NCBI GenBank assembly: GCA_000697335.1
Contig: JNEM01010473.1
Location: 1 to 39,894, forward strand
DNA from: Conidiobolus incongruus B7586
Lineage: Eukaryota
Length of the DNA: 39,894 bases
Reading direction: 5' to 3'
The position numbers and the translations under genes are program-made. How positions within the stretch are numbered: the first letter of the stretch is position 1; the number at the start of each line of letters is the position of its first letter. The notes beneath the pieces are model-generated. The model was not told the DNA's origin and did no database searches. It worked only from the letters and a program-made list of their open reading frames with translations. Below, piece after piece: positions 37,201-39,894 of this stretch.

Positions 37201-38646
37201 TTAAAGTGTGTATCTAAAATCTTTGACATCTAAGCCATCTGATCTCTCAAAAATTGTAAATTCGCTTCCATTGGCCATTGTGTCTAGTTTTGAATTTTCT
37301 CTCTTTAAAAGATATCTCAAAATTAGTGCAATACTGATGGACATAAGTATAAATGCTACATTAGTAAGGTGGCTAGGAATAAAAGCAGGAGCTTCAGTTT
37401 TACGATACATCTGACCAGCTACAATCCCTGCAACATTACCAAAAGAAACTACCATTGCAGATGCTGTACCAGCCTTGGTACTTCCTACCATATTGTTATT
37501 GAGCCACGATAAATGCATAGGACTACAAGTGGCAATACCCATTACAGCGAGAATAGCTCCCAAATATTTTATGTAATTAGAGTTTACAAAGGCCATTATT
37601 AAAAATCCAATTGTTGCAATAGTTAAAGGAACACAAAAGTGAAAGCATCGTTCCATTTTCTTGTCTGAATGATAAGCAAAAGTAATAGTTGTTACAACAG
37701 CTATAGCATAGGGAGGGGCTGTCAAGATTAGAGATGTTATTTTGGGAAATCCCATACCTGCAATGATGGTGGGAAGAAGCTGAGCCATAGCATATACGGG
37801 ACAAACAATTCCAAAGTAACTTAACATATAAAGGTATACTTTATAGTCAGTGAAAGCTTCAATTAATTGCTCTTTGCGAAACACTTTAGTTCCAGAATCA
37901 GTATGATCTTTTAAAAGCCTTTCTACTAAAAAATCCCTCTCTGATTGTGAAAGCCACTTTGCATGCTCAGGGGTGCTAGGCAATAGCCACCAAGTTGCAA
38001 TGCCTAATAATACAGAAGGCAATCCTTCAATAATAAAAATCCATTGCCATCCAGATAATCCACCGTGTTGATCGATGAAGCTGATGCCGTAAGCTAAAAG
38101 TCCACTGAAGGAACCTGCCAAATTGGCGGCCGAGAAAAACAGAGCAATTCTTAATCCTTGCTCTTTACGAGTATACCAAAATGATAAATAATATATAATT
38201 CCTGGAAATAGCCCAGCTTCCGCAACCCCTAAGAAGAATCTTCCTGCCAGCAATCCTTCAAAATTCTTTACAGCTGCCAATGCCATAGTAATTGCACCCC
38301 AAGTAACCATAATACGAGAAATCCATTTAGGAGGTGTTGCCTTTTTTAACAAAAGATTGGAAGGAACTTCAAAGAGGACATAACCGACAAAGAAAATGGA
38401 CAAACTCCAAGAGAACTGGGATTGAGAAAGTTTTAATTCCTCTTCCATCCTATACGCTCTTGCGAAACCAATATTAACACGATCTAAAAAACAGAATAAA
38501 TAAAGTAGTGCCATGTAGGGAATTAGCCTCCAATCCAGCTTTCTGATTAATTGCTTTGTTTCATATTCGTTCAGTTCGGTTTTTGAAGATAGGTCGCCAT
38601 TGTCTTTTAATTCTGCAGATTTTATAATTATTCCAGGATCTTCCAT
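37201..38646 (-). CDS. MFS transporter, anion:cation symporter family (Tna1/Dal5-like permease), intronless, 481 aa
   Basis: RKLDWRLIP...LDRVNIG; FEVPSN; RFFLGVAEAGLFPG...WYTRKEQ; GWQWIFIIEG; C-terminal FRYTL. Confidence 0.94.
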   Translation of the reverse strand: MEDPGIIIKSAELKDNGDLSSKTELNEYETKQLIRKLDWRLIPYMALLYLFCFLDRVNIGFARAYRMEEELKLSQSQFSWSLSIFFVGYVLFEVPSNLLLKKATPPKWISRIMVTWGAITMALAAVKNFEGLLAGRFFLGVAEAGLFPGIIYYLSFWYTRKEQGLRIALFFSAANLAGSFSGLLAYGISFIDQHGGLSGWQWIFIIEGLPSVLLGIATWWLLPSTPEHAKWLSQSERDFLVERLLKDHTDSGTKVFRKEQLIEAFTDYKVYLYMLSYFGIVCPVYAMAQLLPTIIAGMGFPKITSLILTAPPYAIAVVTTITFAYHSDKKMERCFHFCVPLTIATIGFLIMAFVNSNYIKYLGAILAVMGIATCSPMHLSWLNNNMVGSTKAGTASAMVVSFGNVAGIVAGQMYRKTEAPAFIPSHLTNVAFILMSISIALILRYLLKRENSKLDTMANGSEFTIFERSDGLDVKDFRYTL

Positions 38647-39790
38647 TTTTATTAATAAAAATTAAGATTATATAATATATTAATATATTATTATTAAATT
38701 ATTTAATAAAATGAACAAATATAATTTTTATTATCTTTTAAAATATTCTTTATTTATATCAAAATTTTAATTAAATTATCCTCGTTTTAATCCAATTTAT
38801 TATCCCTTATTTAATAATTTATTAAAATTTTTGAATTAATTATTTTACGTCATCTTTTCTTTTAAAGAAAATTGAGGTAAATACAACTCAAGGAATAATT
38901 GATTAAAAATAAATAAATTAAAGAACTTAAACTGAGATTAAAATAGGTGATAAGCTATTACTATAACATCACCTAACATATTTTATCTAGTTATAGATTA
39001 TTTGATAACTAATATTAAAATTTTTTTCGTTATTATTAAATCAATTTTTATGAAATTGCTTAAAACACAAAAGTAATTGGTTTTAATATCGGAAGTTTAT
39101 ATTATAGTATCAATAAAAGATTCAAATTATAAAATACAAGTCAAAAAAAGGGAGGAAAAGATAAAAATTTTAAAACTAACCATTTTATACAGGAATATTA
39201 AAAATCCTTTTGAATATATAATTAATCTGAATAAAAAATCAAATATTTACTTAATTAATAAAAAATTAAAATATATAAACAATGATTTATGAAATTGGTA
39301 TTTCATTCAAATTTATTTTTAATTTTTATCAATTTAAACTAGTCAAAATTAAGAATTGAAATATATATTTAATTATATAAATTAGCAGAAAAAACATAAT
39401 TATATAAACTTATATTAATTTTTCTAAAATATTTGAGTCTTTTATAATTTAGTTACAGATTTTAAAGATTAAAAATTATAATAAAATTTAATTATATATT
39501 AGTCTTATGAATTATATAACTATTTTAAAATTCATTTAAGATAAAATTATATCTAATTTAAATATATTAATAATGTTTATAATCTAGTATTATACTGTTA
39601 TATTTTATAAATATTATTCTAATAAAAATGGTTATTAAAAAAATTTTCAAAATATAATTTGATAAATTATTATGAAAAAATAAAAAAAATAGGAAATTTT
39701 TTTATTTTTGTTTTTTTAAATATAATATTAAATCTAAATAAAAAAATATATAAAATAAATAAAAAAATAAATAGTTTGAATCTTATATAA

Positions 39791-39810
39791 ATATATATAT
39801 ATATATATAT
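39791..39810. repeat. (AT)n microsatellite
   Basis: Perfect AT run read directly. Confidence 0.85.
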
Positions 39811-39894
39811 TTAATAGTTTTTTTGATTAAAAAATTAACTTCTTAATATTTATTGGTTAATTTAATTATATTTAAACTAAATAATATTTATTAA

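Noticed and set aside
1..39894. CRISPR array, rRNA or intact mobile element
   Set aside because: No regularly spaced direct repeats, rRNA motifs, transposase/RT ORFs, or LTR/TIR pairs were seen by eye.

Overview
Very AT-rich eukaryotic nuclear DNA with short (~50-65 nt) GT-AG introns. It is most consistent with an early-diverging fungus; a Zoopagomycota/Conidiobolus-like origin is an inference, not shown. Conserved genes: DRE2/anamorsin, QCR7, RPA1/RFA1, a Cu(I) P1B-ATPase (CCC2/ATP7-like) head-to-head with a Ctr2-type copper transporter, tRNA-Leu(CAG), primase large subunit PRI2, BolA3/Bol3, DRG1/RBG1, a DUF3605/HIT-like gene and an ACS-family MFS permease. There is also a low-complexity Q/N/G/Y-rich orphan ORF. 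Two decayed genes are visible: an alpha-arrestin-like pseudogene and a secreted PD40-propeller/amidohydrolase pseudogene. The most notable unexplained signal is an oriented motif ATCCCA(T/C)AA about 75-190 bp upstream of the start codon of most conserved genes, with exact copies at DRE2, QCR7, CTR2 and BOL3. Also notable: MCB/SCB-like sites combined with clustered CCAAT boxes upstream of the two replication genes, candidate copper-response elements between the Cu genes, and a Dre2 lacking its first Fe-S cysteine. No CRISPR, rRNA or recognisable intact transposon was seen. All exon boundaries were read by eye.
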